Assembly (NCBI GenBank): GCA_963762565.1
Contig: CAVXLD010000001.1
Coordinates: 288,001 to 352,000, forward strand
DNA: 64,000 bases
From: an uncultured Verrucomicrobiae bacterium
Lineage (GTDB): Bacteria; Verrucomicrobiota; Verrucomicrobiia; Chthoniobacterales; JAFAMB01
Direction: 5' to 3'
The notes under the pieces were generated by a model. That model saw only the letters and a list, made by a program, of their open reading frames with translations. It made no database searches and was not told where the DNA came from. Positions 19,544-28,276 of this stretch are shown in pieces (positions within the stretch are counted from its first letter, which is position 1; each line of letters opens with the position of its first letter). Both the position numbers and the translations under genes were made by a program.

Positions 19544-20968
19544 TTAAGAGGGAAAACAGTACGAATCCGAAGAGGTATCGCCGCCTTCTAACCGAACCTG
19601 GTGGAGACGATGGTCGCTAGTCTGGACGAAAAACCGAGGATCAAAGCGCAACGAGCCGTCTTCGCCGGCCTCCGCTTTGACCATCCAGGTCCGGACCCCA
19701 TCCGGATAAAACTGTTCATCCCATGATTGGTAAAGCGAGTTGGTCAGATAGACGCGTTTTCCGTCGCGGCTCAATTCCACCATTTGGGGACCCCCATTAA
19801 GGGCCTCAGCCGGGCGCGAAGGATGCGGCGCTCGCTTGACGATCCCTCCAATTGGCAACACCGCGGTCAGCTTTGGCTGGTCCGGGGTCGAGACGTCATA
19901 CCGATGGAGTTCACCCGTGCCCCAGCAGGAAACGTAAAGCCAGCGATCGTCCAGCGACAGATTCAAGTCTGTCACCAGGGGAGGTACGGCGCCGAACCCT
20001 TGGAGCAAGGGCGGCAGAGCGGCGGCATCGGCGGGTTGAGCCGGGATCTCAATCACCTTTTTGATTTCCCAATCGCCTGCCCGCTGGCGCCAGAGCCAGA
20101 TTGATGCCGACAAATCCTTCAATGAAACCACCACTCCGACATACCCAAATGTCTTGGTCGGATCATGAGAGGGGCGCAGTTCCAAGACCATCTGATGTTC
20201 GCTCCCCAAATCGAGAACCTTTGAATGCTTGCGTTTCCGAAGATCCCAGAAATGGAGCTGGTGTCCGTATTTTGCGCCCAACAGAGTCTCAGGCTGTAGG
20301 CCTCCCTCGATCATCTGCGGTGTCCCCCATTCGCTGCTCATGAGGACGTCCTGGCCGAGATGCCAGGAAAAATCATACGCCAGCTCCTGAGGTCCTCGAT
20401 CCACTTCCCACCGGCCGAGGACGTTAAAGTCGTAATGATCGAGGATAAAAATTCCTCCCGGTCCAGCGCCGTCCGGGGCGCCCAGCGCACTTAAATAAAT
20501 GCCGTCCGGCCCACAATGTACCGTATGCGGCCGCGAATAACCCGCCCGTTTGAACACTTCTTCCGGTTCAATTGTTTTAACGATCCGCAGATTGGTTGGA
20601 TCCGGTTTCGTATCGATTACATGAATCCGAGAAGAACGAAGCCCCGGAACGATCAGGTATCGCCGTTCCACATGAGGATGCGGCGCGTAAGGACAAAGCG
20701 TTGCACTACAGGCATTCCATCCGAAGTGATGGAGCTCGTCCCCGATATCGGGGAAATCGACCCGGCTCAGGATCTGGCCATACCTAGAAGAAGACGGATC
20801 AACATCGATGACATAGAGCGCATCCGCTCGCGACCTCTGGTCGGGTGCTAAACCGGCCACGTAAGCATAGCGTTCAGCCGGCGCTTCCATCGCGAGCCGT
20901 GCTGTTGGATAAAACGTAGGATCAACAGTCCAGCGGAGCGGACTGGTAGAAAGACCGAGGTTTGCCAT
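19544..20968 (-). CDS. Selenium-binding protein SBP56 family (methanethiol oxidase-like)
   Basis: DELHHFGWNACS, RRYLIVPGLRSSRIHVID, PHTVHC, YDFSWH, SSEWG, SLDDRWLYVSCWG, GGPQMVELSRDGKRVYLTNSLY, RLEGGDTSSD; no signal peptide. Confidence 0.93.
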   Translation of the reverse strand: MANLGLSTSPLRWTVDPTFYPTARLAMEAPAERYAYVAGLAPDQRSRADALYVIDVDPSSSRYGQILSRVDFPDIGDELHHFGWNACSATLCPYAPHPHVERRYLIVPGLRSSRIHVIDTKPDPTNLRIVKTIEPEEVFKRAGYSRPHTVHCGPDGIYLSALGAPDGAGPGGIFILDHYDFNVLGRWEVDRGPQELAYDFSWHLGQDVLMSSEWGTPQMIEGGLQPETLLGAKYGHQLHFWDLRKRKHSKVLDLGSEHQMVLELRPSHDPTKTFGYVGVVVSLKDLSASIWLWRQRAGDWEIKKVIEIPAQPADAAALPPLLQGFGAVPPLVTDLNLSLDDRWLYVSCWGTGELHRYDVSTPDQPKLTAVLPIGGIVKRAPHPSRPAEALNGGPQMVELSRDGKRVYLTNSLYQSWDEQFYPDGVRTWMVKAEAGEDGSLRFDPRFFVQTSDHRLHQVRLEGGDTSSDSYCFPS

Positions 20969-21194
20969 AAACAGTTTGTCCTATGGTGAACATGAAACTG
21001 GGGGTTAAAAAACGGGAGCTAGTCAGTCCCCCCGGCGAAGGAAAAAACCACCGTTACCCGACTGTATCACCAGGGTATCGATTGGCTACGCGTTTTGCAA
21101 TCGCGAATTTAGACCCCGAATGCCCGAAAATCTATAAGGGGCACGCAGTGGCGTAGAACGGCCCTTTCTGCAGACCACGCCAGCGGCGCTGCGA

Positions 21195-21258
21195 ACGGAT
21201 AGGACCTATGCGACCTATAGGACTTATAGGTGATATCTGTCCTATAGGTCCTATTTGT
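21195..21258. repeat. Nonamer (GGACCTATA/TATAGGTCC) inverted array
   Basis: ggataggacctatgcgacctataggacttatagg ... gtcctataggtcctattt. Confidence 0.85.
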
Positions 21259-21267
21259 TCGCAGGGT

Positions 21268-22254
21268 TCAGCGCGCAGCGTGCCCATCTGCGGTTCCTTT
21301 CCTGGATTGCGACGGAGGCTGCCCAAAGGCGCCGGTCCAGAGACGACGGAAATGCCGAACATCCGCAAAACCGCAGCGTTCCGCGACCACCTCAAGCGTG
21401 AGGCGATGATCGCGCATCAGGGAAGCCGCCATTTCCAGGCGAACCCTTTGTTGATACTGTAACGGCGTCAGGCCGGTATTCGCTCTAAAAGCGCGTGTGA
21501 GAGTCGATTCACTCATAGCGGCAAGAGAAGCCAAGCGAGCCAGAGGGGCGGGCTCAGCCGGATGTTCATTTAACCAATCCTGTACTCGGTGCACACCAAC
21601 ATGCAGGTGAGCCCGGTAATCGAGGAACACATTCAACTGATGATGCGCTCCGGTACGACGAAAATAAACAACCAGGTCGCGGGCAACCCGCGCTGTCATT
21701 TGCGGACCATAATCTTGTTCGACAAAGGAAAGCGCCAGATCGATCCCGGACGCTATGCCAGCGCTCGTCGTCACACCTCTGTCATGAACGAACAGAACGT
21801 TATCCACAACATCCGCCTTGGGATATCGCCGTTGCAGTTCCTTTACACAAGACCAATGGGTGGTGCAGCGACGCCCATCTAGAAGTCCGGCTTCTCCCAA
21901 ACCGAACGCGCCGGAGCAGACTGAGCCGACGGTAGCCCCGGAACGATGCGCGACTCGCAAATAATCGCGTAAAAATTCCTCTAGCACCTCCCGCCGGGTA
22001 CGGCCATGCCAGCGAACCCCCGAAACAATCACCAGATCATTTCCGTCCAACCCACTAGCCGGAATCATCGGACCGAAACCGGTCAATGCGAGCCCCACCG
22101 CGCTCGGGACCTGTGGCGTTGAACCTGTGAAATGAAGCCGATAGTTACACCCGCAGCCATTGGCCGAATCAAACGCCTGAACCGGACCGGCCAAATCGAG
22201 CAAATGAACCCCCGGCGCAACAATGAAAATGACGCGTCGTTCAGGATGCTTCAC
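21268..22254 (-). CDS. GlxA-family transcriptional regulator (DJ-1/PfpI + AraC HTH)
   Basis: LDLAGPVQAF, SVCSGAFGLGEAGLLDGRRCTTHW, TSAGIASGIDLAL, C-terminal AraC HTH. GTG at 22254 is preceded by AGGAG; the longer ORF-track start runs through repeats. Confidence 0.93.
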   Translation of the reverse strand: MKHPERRVIFIVAPGVHLLDLAGPVQAFDSANGCGCNYRLHFTGSTPQVPSAVGLALTGFGPMIPASGLDGNDLVIVSGVRWHGRTRREVLEEFLRDYLRVAHRSGATVGSVCSGAFGLGEAGLLDGRRCTTHWSCVKELQRRYPKADVVDNVLFVHDRGVTTSAGIASGIDLALSFVEQDYGPQMTARVARDLVVYFRRTGAHHQLNVFLDYRAHLHVGVHRVQDWLNEHPAEPAPLARLASLAAMSESTLTRAFRANTGLTPLQYQQRVRLEMAASLMRDHRLTLEVVAERCGFADVRHFRRLWTGAFGQPPSQSRKGTADGHAAR

Positions 22255-22297
22255 AACAACTCTCCTAACCACGGACTTCGTTCTCGAATCGAGCGCT

Positions 22298-22534
22298 TTT
22301 GTGGAGCGCTGCCTTGCTTGCGAGGCCGTAGGGGTCGCCACCCGTGGAGCGCTGCCTTGCTTGCAAGGCCGTGGTGAGCAGAGGTTGACGGTCCGGATAT
22401 GTCGCATGATTTGACGGCGCTTTCTCGTGCGTGCCGAGGCAAAAGTCGCGACATAGAGCGCAGACAGACATTGGGTATTCATCGTTATGCTCCGTTGTTA
22501 ACAACGGCCTCGCAAGCGAGGCGCGCTCCACAAA
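22298..22534. repeat. REP-like GTGGAGCGCGCCTCGCTTGCGAGGCCGT cassette (two direct copies plus one inverted)
   Basis: Copies at about 22298-22329 and 22343-22375, inverted copy 22504-22534; related copies at 24161, 26290 and 41988/42143. Confidence 0.9.
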
Positions 22535-23134
22535 TCACGTCAACGATTCCAAAACCTCCTTTGTAGAAACGATATTCGCGAATCGACCGGCTAGCGCATA
22601 TTCGGTCCTTCGTACCACTTCGTCGGTCGACAACTCCGGCCCACCGGCCCAATGAGGGATAGCAAAGGTTAAAGTGGCATCCGTCACAAAATCGACTTGA
22701 TAACCCCGGTCGGAGGCGTCTCGAGTCGTGGTTTCGCAACACTGCTCCGTTTGGATACCCGTCACCCGGAGACGCTTGATTTCCCATTGGGTAAGTCGCC
22801 GGGCTAAATCAGTACTGGCAAAGGCGCTAATGGTTGTCTTCTGAAGCACAACTTCGCCCGGCCTGGGAACCACGAAATCCATGAACCGATAGAAAGGAGA
22901 TTTCGGATTGAAATGGCTCTCCGGTTTTAAATTCTGGTGTAACAAGAAAACGATGGGCAAGGCCGCAGTTCGATAAACTTCAATCAATTTGGTTACGTTC
23001 GATTCGAAGGCAGAATTGTTGCGTGTGGCCCAGGTAATAGAATCAGCCTTAAACGATTCTTGCACGTCAATCACCAATAGGACTGATCCAGGCAAACCGC
23101 TAGTTGTATTAGTTTTATAGTTTGAGCTACTCAT
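22535..23134 (-). CDS. Isochorismatase/cysteine hydrolase family protein
   Basis: LLVIDVQ, K-x3-SAF, VTGIQTEQCCETTTRDA (D-K-C triad pattern); typical partner of GlxA regulators. Confidence 0.92.
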   Translation of the reverse strand: MSSSNYKTNTTSGLPGSVLLVIDVQESFKADSITWATRNNSAFESNVTKLIEVYRTAALPIVFLLHQNLKPESHFNPKSPFYRFMDFVVPRPGEVVLQKTTISAFASTDLARRLTQWEIKRLRVTGIQTEQCCETTTRDASDRGYQVDFVTDATLTFAIPHWAGGPELSTDEVVRRTEYALAGRFANIVSTKEVLESLT

Positions 23135-23206
23135 TCCTGCAATCTATGCGACACAACCCTTCACGACGAGGGTCGATCCAGTCAAAAATAGGACGGATCT
23201 GGGCAC

Positions 23207-23418
23207 CTGGAGGGGAGCCGCTTTATAGGACGGCAGTTCTACTGGATGCTAGCAAGCGGCTCCCGCGAACGACCCAGCGTTACCCATCCTACCTGTCGGC
23301 CTGAACTAACACCTGCCCATTAGAAGAGCCCTGGGGAATATGGCGCGTGGAACCGTTCCCGGGAGCCGCTTGCTACCAAATTACAGAACTGCCATTCTAT
23401 AAAGCGGCTCCCCTCCAG
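23207..23418. repeat. Four-unit GGAGGGGAGCCGC inverted-repeat element with arms of about 66 bp
   Basis: ctggaggggagccgctttatag...tagcaagcggctcccgcgaacg / cgttcccgggagccgcttgcta...ctataaagcggctcccctccag. Confidence 0.92.
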
Positions 23419-23446
23419 ACGCTTTCCGCCGTCGCTTACCACACCC

Positions 23447-24076
23447 CTACTGGCTCGACCCCGGACACTGGTCGCTCAAGTGGTTGAGGTTTTCGTGATC
23501 CTGGGCAAACACGATTTTATCGTTTCCAGCGGGAACGCGTAGGATATCAATCCGATCATATTCATCGCCCGGCCAGTCGGGCACTTGCTTGGGATCGCCG
23601 CCCTTCATCTGCACCAAGTCTTTGACCATCTGATTGAGATAATGATGTTCCCAAACAATCAAAATAACCTGACCGGCGCGTTCCGGGCTCAACAACTCGT
23701 TTTCCAGATCTTTGATCTGGTCATAGTGATGATCGCAACTTACCGGCATCCCTAACCGAATCGCAGTCGGCTCGATCGTGGCTAACGGACGCAGATAATC
23801 GAAAGTACCAGCAGGGTCGTGTACTTTCCCGGTCGGATCGGGCGCATAAATTTGGTCCGGTTTACCAAACTTCGATAAGAGTACCGCGGGAAGCGCCAGG
23901 GCCCGGTTCAATCCTTGACAGTTGATTTGCCCTAGGCCGGCCACCGGCTTTTCCGCGTGCCGGATGAAAACAATGGTTTCAACCTTAGCATCCAGAGCAT
24001 TGGCCGGCTGTTGGGCCTGCCCCTGCAGATGTGTCGCTAAAGCCAGGATCAGTGAGAGTGCGCACAGTGTTCGCAT
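23447..24076 (-). CDS. Secreted histidine-phosphatase-superfamily-like protein
   Basis: Signal peptide; IVFIRHAEKP (RHxE), G-x2-RA, RPLATIEP, ILIVWEH motifs. Confidence 0.75.
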   Translation of the reverse strand: MRTLCALSLILALATHLQGQAQQPANALDAKVETIVFIRHAEKPVAGLGQINCQGLNRALALPAVLLSKFGKPDQIYAPDPTGKVHDPAGTFDYLRPLATIEPTAIRLGMPVSCDHHYDQIKDLENELLSPERAGQVILIVWEHHYLNQMVKDLVQMKGGDPKQVPDWPGDEYDRIDILRVPAGNDKIVFAQDHENLNHLSDQCPGSSQ

Positions 24077-24082
24077 AGCGAA

Positions 24083-24160
24083 AAGTAATCAGTAATCAGT
24101 GTATACAGTATCAGTATCCGAACTAGGCGACGCCCAGCGTCCACTGATTACTGATTTACT
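24083..24160. repeat. Heptamer (AATCAGT) inverted-repeat cassette
   Basis: agtaatcagtaatcagtgtatacagtatcagt ... actgattactgatttactg. Confidence 0.8.
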
Positions 24161-24228
24161 GCCTCGCTTGCGAGACCGTGGCGAGCAGAGGGTGACGGTC
24201 CGGATATGTCGCATGATTTGGCAGCGCT
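24161..24228. repeat. Dispersed repeat of about 65 bp matching 22352-22420
   Basis: Shared cgtggYgagcagaggKtgacggtccggatatgtcgcatgatttg downstream of the REP-like hairpin in both copies. Confidence 0.85.
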
Positions 24229-24256
24229 CCACCGGTTCCTACCGCCCCTAAACAGA

Positions 24257-24284
24257 ACCGCCAGGTCCCTGTGGACCTGGCGGT
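24257..24284. repeat. Perfect 12-bp-stem hairpin (REP-like or terminator)
   Basis: accgccaggtcc-ctgt-ggacctggcggt. Confidence 0.7.
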
Positions 24285-24387
24285 AACTACACCTTCGCTC
24301 TGTTGAAGTTCCTAGATTGAACTACGGGGAAGATCTCGAATCCGGGCGTAAACCTCGATCAGTTTATGACCAGAGGCCAAAATCCTA

Positions 24388-24556
24388 TGTGAGAGGTGAG
24401 AAGTGAGACGCGAGCAGTGAGAGGCGCCTTGGGACGGCAGAGGTTGGGAGCTAAGGGATTTTGAGAACCAGAGAGGCTTATCGTCCGCGACTTCACTCCG
24501 GCCACTGGCGTCCAAGCACCCTTCACCATTCACTTCTCACATCTCACTTCTCACGT
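24388..24556. repeat. Heptamer (GTGAGAR) inverted-repeat cassette
   Basis: gtgagaggtgagaagtgagacgcgagcagtgagag ... ttcacttctcacatctcacttctcac. Confidence 0.88.
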
Positions 24557-24578
24557 AGGAGCGAGCGGGCCAGCAGAA

Positions 24579-24788
24579 GGAGCTAGGAGCTAGAATCTAG
24601 GAGCTAGGAGAGTGCGCAGCGGCAGGTGCTCGTTCTCGTCGTCGTTCCTCCTCCTCGATTCTAGGCGTGTGGAGAATCCTGGAACGCAAACCTTACGTCA
24701 AAAACCGTGGGCTAAAACCGAGCTGCAGAATCAAAGTCGAGGACGATTACCGTCGAGCTGGTGCGCCTCTCCTAGCTCCTAGCTCCTC
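24579..24788. repeat. Nested cassette: heptamer (GGAGCTA) outer arms, hexamer inner arms
   Basis: ggagctaggagctagaatctaggagctaggagagtgcgca / tgcgcctctcctagctcctagctcct; inner ctcgttctcgtcgtcg...gtcgaggacgatt. Confidence 0.88.
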
Positions 24789-24793
24789 CGCCC

Positions 24794-25555
24794 TCACCTG
24801 GTCCAATGGCCCCCGACCGAGCTTAGAACCGGTACAATCCCGTTCAGCGCTTCTTGGCGATTGGAATAGTCGACCTTTCCGACGGCTCCGATCATTGGGA
24901 CACCGGTCGCAGCGTGGAATTTTTGACTCATGCTTTCGCCGGTATAGCAACCCCAGCTCTTGACATATGCGCCAGGAGCAAACAGCCCGCGATGCAGCTC
25001 TGCCAGCTGATTCTGATGGAGCCATGACTTCGAGCTGCTCCCCACCTGGTTCGAATAGTCGAACATGAACGCGTCTTGATTCGAATGACCAAAATATTCG
25101 AAGTCGGCGATTTTTATCTGTTGCCTTGGTTTTCCCGCGTTCAGGTATTGAATCACGGCCTCGCCGTTTTCGATCGGGACCAAGTTCAGTCCGTAAGCAT
25201 CCCGAACGGAGTAAACCAACGGGATTAGATCGCGTTTCTCTTGAGCGGAACGAGACCGATACCCATCGAGATAGATCAATAGGGTCACGATCGCGGCAGG
25301 ATTATTTTTAACCACCGGTTGTAGTTCCTGGATCCGGGTTCGCGCGGCACGTACGAAACACCCCCAATAGTTGTCATGCGGCTCGTCCTTATATTGTTCC
25401 CAGAGGTGCAATGACGGGCCGCCGCAGAGGAAGATGTATTCGTACGGATGCCTGGCGTCAGCAACCGGAACGGCCGGGGGAGGCGCTTCAGTCTGGCCGC
25501 GAGCTGTCCCCGCCGCCAAAACAAGGAATAGGGCGAGACAACGAACGAGATTCAT
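24794..25555 (-). CDS. Secreted hypothetical protein with possible clan CD (caspase-like) His/Cys dyad
   Basis: Signal peptide from ATG 25555 (MNLVRCLALFLVLAAGTARG); FEYFGHS ... VKSWGCYTG. Confidence 0.65.
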   Translation of the reverse strand: MNLVRCLALFLVLAAGTARGQTEAPPPAVPVADARHPYEYIFLCGGPSLHLWEQYKDEPHDNYWGCFVRAARTRIQELQPVVKNNPAAIVTLLIYLDGYRSRSAQEKRDLIPLVYSVRDAYGLNLVPIENGEAVIQYLNAGKPRQQIKIADFEYFGHSNQDAFMFDYSNQVGSSSKSWLHQNQLAELHRGLFAPGAYVKSWGCYTGESMSQKFHAATGVPMIGAVGKVDYSNRQEALNGIVPVLSSVGGHWTR

Positions 25556-25586
25556 CTCAAACGCACAACTCAAGACCCTCAGATTA

Positions 25587-25755
25587 ACCACGAATGGGCA
25601 CGAATTGATACGAATAAAAAAGAACAACCGCAGATGTACGCAGATTAAGCCCGGCAAAATCGTGGGCTGAGTTTCTCCCTAGGAAATCATCTGCGTAAAT
25701 CTGCGTTCATCTGCGGTTAAGTTCTTCGCCTTACATTCTTGTCGATTCGCGGTTC
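25587..25755. repeat. Nested 9/10-mer cassette (CACGAAT outer, AACCGCAGAT inner)
   Basis: accacgaatgggcacgaattgatacgaat-aaccgcagatgtacgcagatt ... atctgcgtaaatctgcgttcatctgcggtt-...gattcgcggtt. Confidence 0.85.
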
Positions 25756-25766
25756 AAATTCCGGCT

Positions 25767-26339
25767 TCATTGGTAGGTCGGCTGGGAACCGCCCCTGGGC
25801 CACCCTTGGAACATCTGGCGATCGCGAATGAAAAAAGGAGACCAAATCGGATCCGGATTCGGCGCGATCAACTCAGCCCGCTTCAGCACGAATTCTGAGC
25901 AGAACCGGCCGGCGGAGGCATCATAAATTTGATCTCCTGAAAAATAGCCGTAAAGCCGGTATTCACTTCCGTTGTCGGACCCGATCTGACTGCGAACGCG
26001 ATCAGGTGCGAATTGAAATTTTTCGTTCAGGATAACGAGCTTGGCTGTCTTCCAGTTCTGCCGTGGCGAACGGACGTATCCCCAGATAGCGAAAGGCGGA
26101 GAATAAACTCGCCGTCCGATATAGAAATCCCCAACTGGTTCAGCGGCAATCTGTTGAGCGATAGCGGCAGACTGCAAGAATGGCGAAGCTTGGGGAGTAT
26201 TAGTCGCGCATCCGGCCAGGAGGAGGAAGAGCGAAACGGCGTATGGGCGTGTCGGCGTATCGGCGTATCGGCGTAGGAACGTGCGCAGGCCGTGGAGCGT
26301 GCCTCGCTTGCGAGGCCGTGGCAAGCAAGGAGGAATCAC
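25767..26339 (-). CDS. Hypothetical lipoprotein (start uncertain)
   Basis: Lipobox LLLAGC followed by a compact domain (FYIGRR, WGYVRSP, YRLYGYFSGD, EFVL); the N-terminus runs through repeat DNA. Confidence 0.7.
   Translation of the reverse strand: MIPPCLPRPRKRGTLHGLRTFLRRYADTPTRPYAVSLFLLLAGCATNTPQASPFLQSAAIAQQIAAEPVGDFYIGRRVYSPPFAIWGYVRSPRQNWKTAKLVILNEKFQFAPDRVRSQIGSDNGSEYRLYGYFSGDQIYDASAGRFCSEFVLKRAELIAPNPDPIWSPFFIRDRQMFQGWPRGGSQPTYQ
26233..26330. repeat. Octamer array (GGCGTATC x5) plus GTGGAGCG REP-like unit
   Basis: ggcgtatgggcgtgtcggcgtatcggcgtatcggcgtagg then ccgtggagcgtgcctcgcttgcgaggccgtgg. Confidence 0.85.
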
Positions 26340-26737
26340 TTAGAAGCTCCCTCCGTCATCTGCACTCTGTACCGATGAGAAAAGAAGCGAGTAGGTTCTA
26401 GCACGGGCGTCACCAAGCCGGAATACATGGCAAACACCGGAGAATTCCGCAATCGAAATCCCCGCGCGCCGGGAACAGGTCTGAATTGTGGATATAGCCG
26501 AACGCTTGATTGGGTCCATGCTGGGCTTCGAAACAAACGGATCGCGAGGATCCGCCGGCGCCAAGTCGGGCTCGCACGGCTAGCTTATTCAAGAGGGCTA
26601 TGGCGGACAGGCAGCGATCCCTCCCCTATCCCCATCAAAAATTGCCTGCTCATTTTTTATCGATACAGGCTTTTGAGTTGCAAACCCCCAAGGCGCAGCT
26701 ATCTATTCGATCCACCAAAACCGGGAGTATCCGCGCT

Positions 26738-27139
26738 ATGAACATAATCCAGAAGATTGAGAAAGAGCAGCTTAAGCCCGAAATCACCCCATTCCGGGTG
26801 GGCGACACCGTTAAGGTCCATACGAGGGTGGTTGAAGGAGACAAGGAGAGAATTCAGCTTTTCAGCGGGATCGTGATCGGCAAGCGCGGAAGCGGATTAA
26901 ATGCTTTCTTTACCGTGCGCCGAATTTCATACGGCGAAGGCGTTGAACGAATGTTCCCGCTCCATTCTCCACGAATCGCCAAAATCGAAGTTGAACGCCA
27001 AGGCAACGTCCGGCGCGCAAAACTCAATTATCTCCGCTCCCGGAAAGGCAAACAAGCCGTCACGGTAAAAGAGAGAGTGCAGACGTCTTCGGTGAAAGAG
27101 ACGGCGCAGGCCTCGAAAGAGACGGCGCAGGCTTCTTAA
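26738..27139 (+). CDS. rplS: 50S ribosomal protein L19
   Basis: [11 protein letters not shown]2[53 protein letters not shown] 26738. Confidence 0.98.
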   Translation: MNIIQKIEKEQLKPEITPFRVGDTVKVHTRVVEGDKERIQLFSGIVIGKRGSGLNAFFTVRRISYGEGVERMFPLHSPRIAKIEVERQGNVRRAKLNYLRSRKGKQAVTVKERVQTSSVKETAQASKETAQAS

Positions 27140-27144
27140 GGAGC

Positions 27145-27400
27145 CGGTAGGGCCAGGCTCCGGGACGGCCGAGAGAAGTCCAACAAAGCGACTCGGTTTC
27201 ATTACAGACGCTGCACGCAGCCCCGACTCGCTGCCGAGCCGATTCCAGCGTCTGGTACTGTCGAGCACGGGGTAAACCCTGGGTCCGGCTCGGCGGCTTT
27301 TTCGACTACTACTACCCTTGGTCTGGGCAAGCGAAGCCGCGTTGCGAAATTTTGACGGCCTTTCCGGAGCCTCGCCCCACCAACTTTTCGCCGTTTCGCC
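27145..27400. repeat. GTRGGGCGAGGCTCC REP-like doublet between convergent genes
   Basis: ggtagggccaggctccgg (about 27146-27163) / ccggagcctcgccccacc (about 27364-27381), followed by ttcgccgtttcgcc octamers. Confidence 0.8.
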
Positions 27401-28174
27401 TCACTCAAATCCCCCTCGAGAACGCAGCACTTGACCCGTAATCCAGCCTCCTTCCGGCCCAGCTAGAAAGCCAATCAAACGAGCCGCATCTTCCGGTTGG
27501 CCGATGCGCCCGAGCGCAAAGCGACTCAAAAACTGCCGTTGAAGCTCTGGAGTGATCCAACCGGAATCCGTCGGGCCAGGATCGACCGCATTTACGGTGA
27601 TGCCCAGATGTCCGACTTCGGCTGCAAAGGTGATGGTGAACGCGTCGAGACCGGCCTTCGTCACCGCATAGGCGAGCGTTCCCCGCATCGGGCCGAACAT
27701 CTGGCCTGAAGTCATTGAAATAACCCGGCTCGCACCTTTCCCGCCGAATCGCCGGACAAATTCCATACTCAACAGAACCGGGGCCCTGGTATTCAGAACG
27801 TAATGACGATCCAGTGTCTCGGCGTCCAAGGTGTCAATTGAGTCACGGGCCCAGAAACAAGCGTTGTTCACCAGAATCTGAGCAACGCCGAATCTGGCTT
27901 GGACGGCGTCCCATAGCTTTCGAGGAGCCTCAGTGAGCGACAGATCGACTGGATTCCATTCGGCTTCGACACCTAGCTTTCGCAGTTCCTCAGCCAAAAG
28001 CAGCGGCTCATTCGGCCGAGTTTCCCCCGGTTGCTGGTCGTCATATTCCAGCCACCCGGTCATGAACAAATGAGCGCCGCGTTTTGCGAGCTCCCGGGCA
28101 ATCGCCGCCCCAATGCCTCTTTCCCGGCTGACTCCGGTAACCACTGCCACTTGTCCTGCTAGGGGAACATTCAT
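27401..28174 (-). CDS. SDR family oxidoreductase (3-ketoacyl-ACP reductase-like)
   Basis: VVTGVSRERGIG, LVNNA, YAVTK, VNAVDPGPTDSGW, WITGQVL. Confidence 0.92.
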   Translation of the reverse strand: MNVPLAGQVAVVTGVSRERGIGAAIARELAKRGAHLFMTGWLEYDDQQPGETRPNEPLLLAEELRKLGVEAEWNPVDLSLTEAPRKLWDAVQARFGVAQILVNNACFWARDSIDTLDAETLDRHYVLNTRAPVLLSMEFVRRFGGKGASRVISMTSGQMFGPMRGTLAYAVTKAGLDAFTITFAAEVGHLGITVNAVDPGPTDSGWITPELQRQFLSRFALGRIGQPEDAARLIGFLAGPEGGWITGQVLRSRGGFE

Positions 28175-28276
28175 TGCCACGGTACTTACACGCTCGACGT
28201 TCGTGGTCAAAGAGGTGCGCACCAGAGCAATGGCTCGGTTCTCGCACCTGAGATGACGCTGGGAGGGTAGCCCGGA

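Noticed and set aside
19544..20968. Calling the gene mtoX
   Set aside because: It lacks the signal peptide and mauG/SCO neighbours of characterised periplasmic MtoX; activity cannot be established from sequence alone.
26340..26737. Possible structured RNA gene (RNase P, tmRNA, 6S) upstream of rplS
   Set aside because: No GAGGAAAGTCC or other hallmark motif recognised; much of the region is explained by REP-like pieces shared with 38564-38720. An Rfam scan would be needed to exclude it fully.
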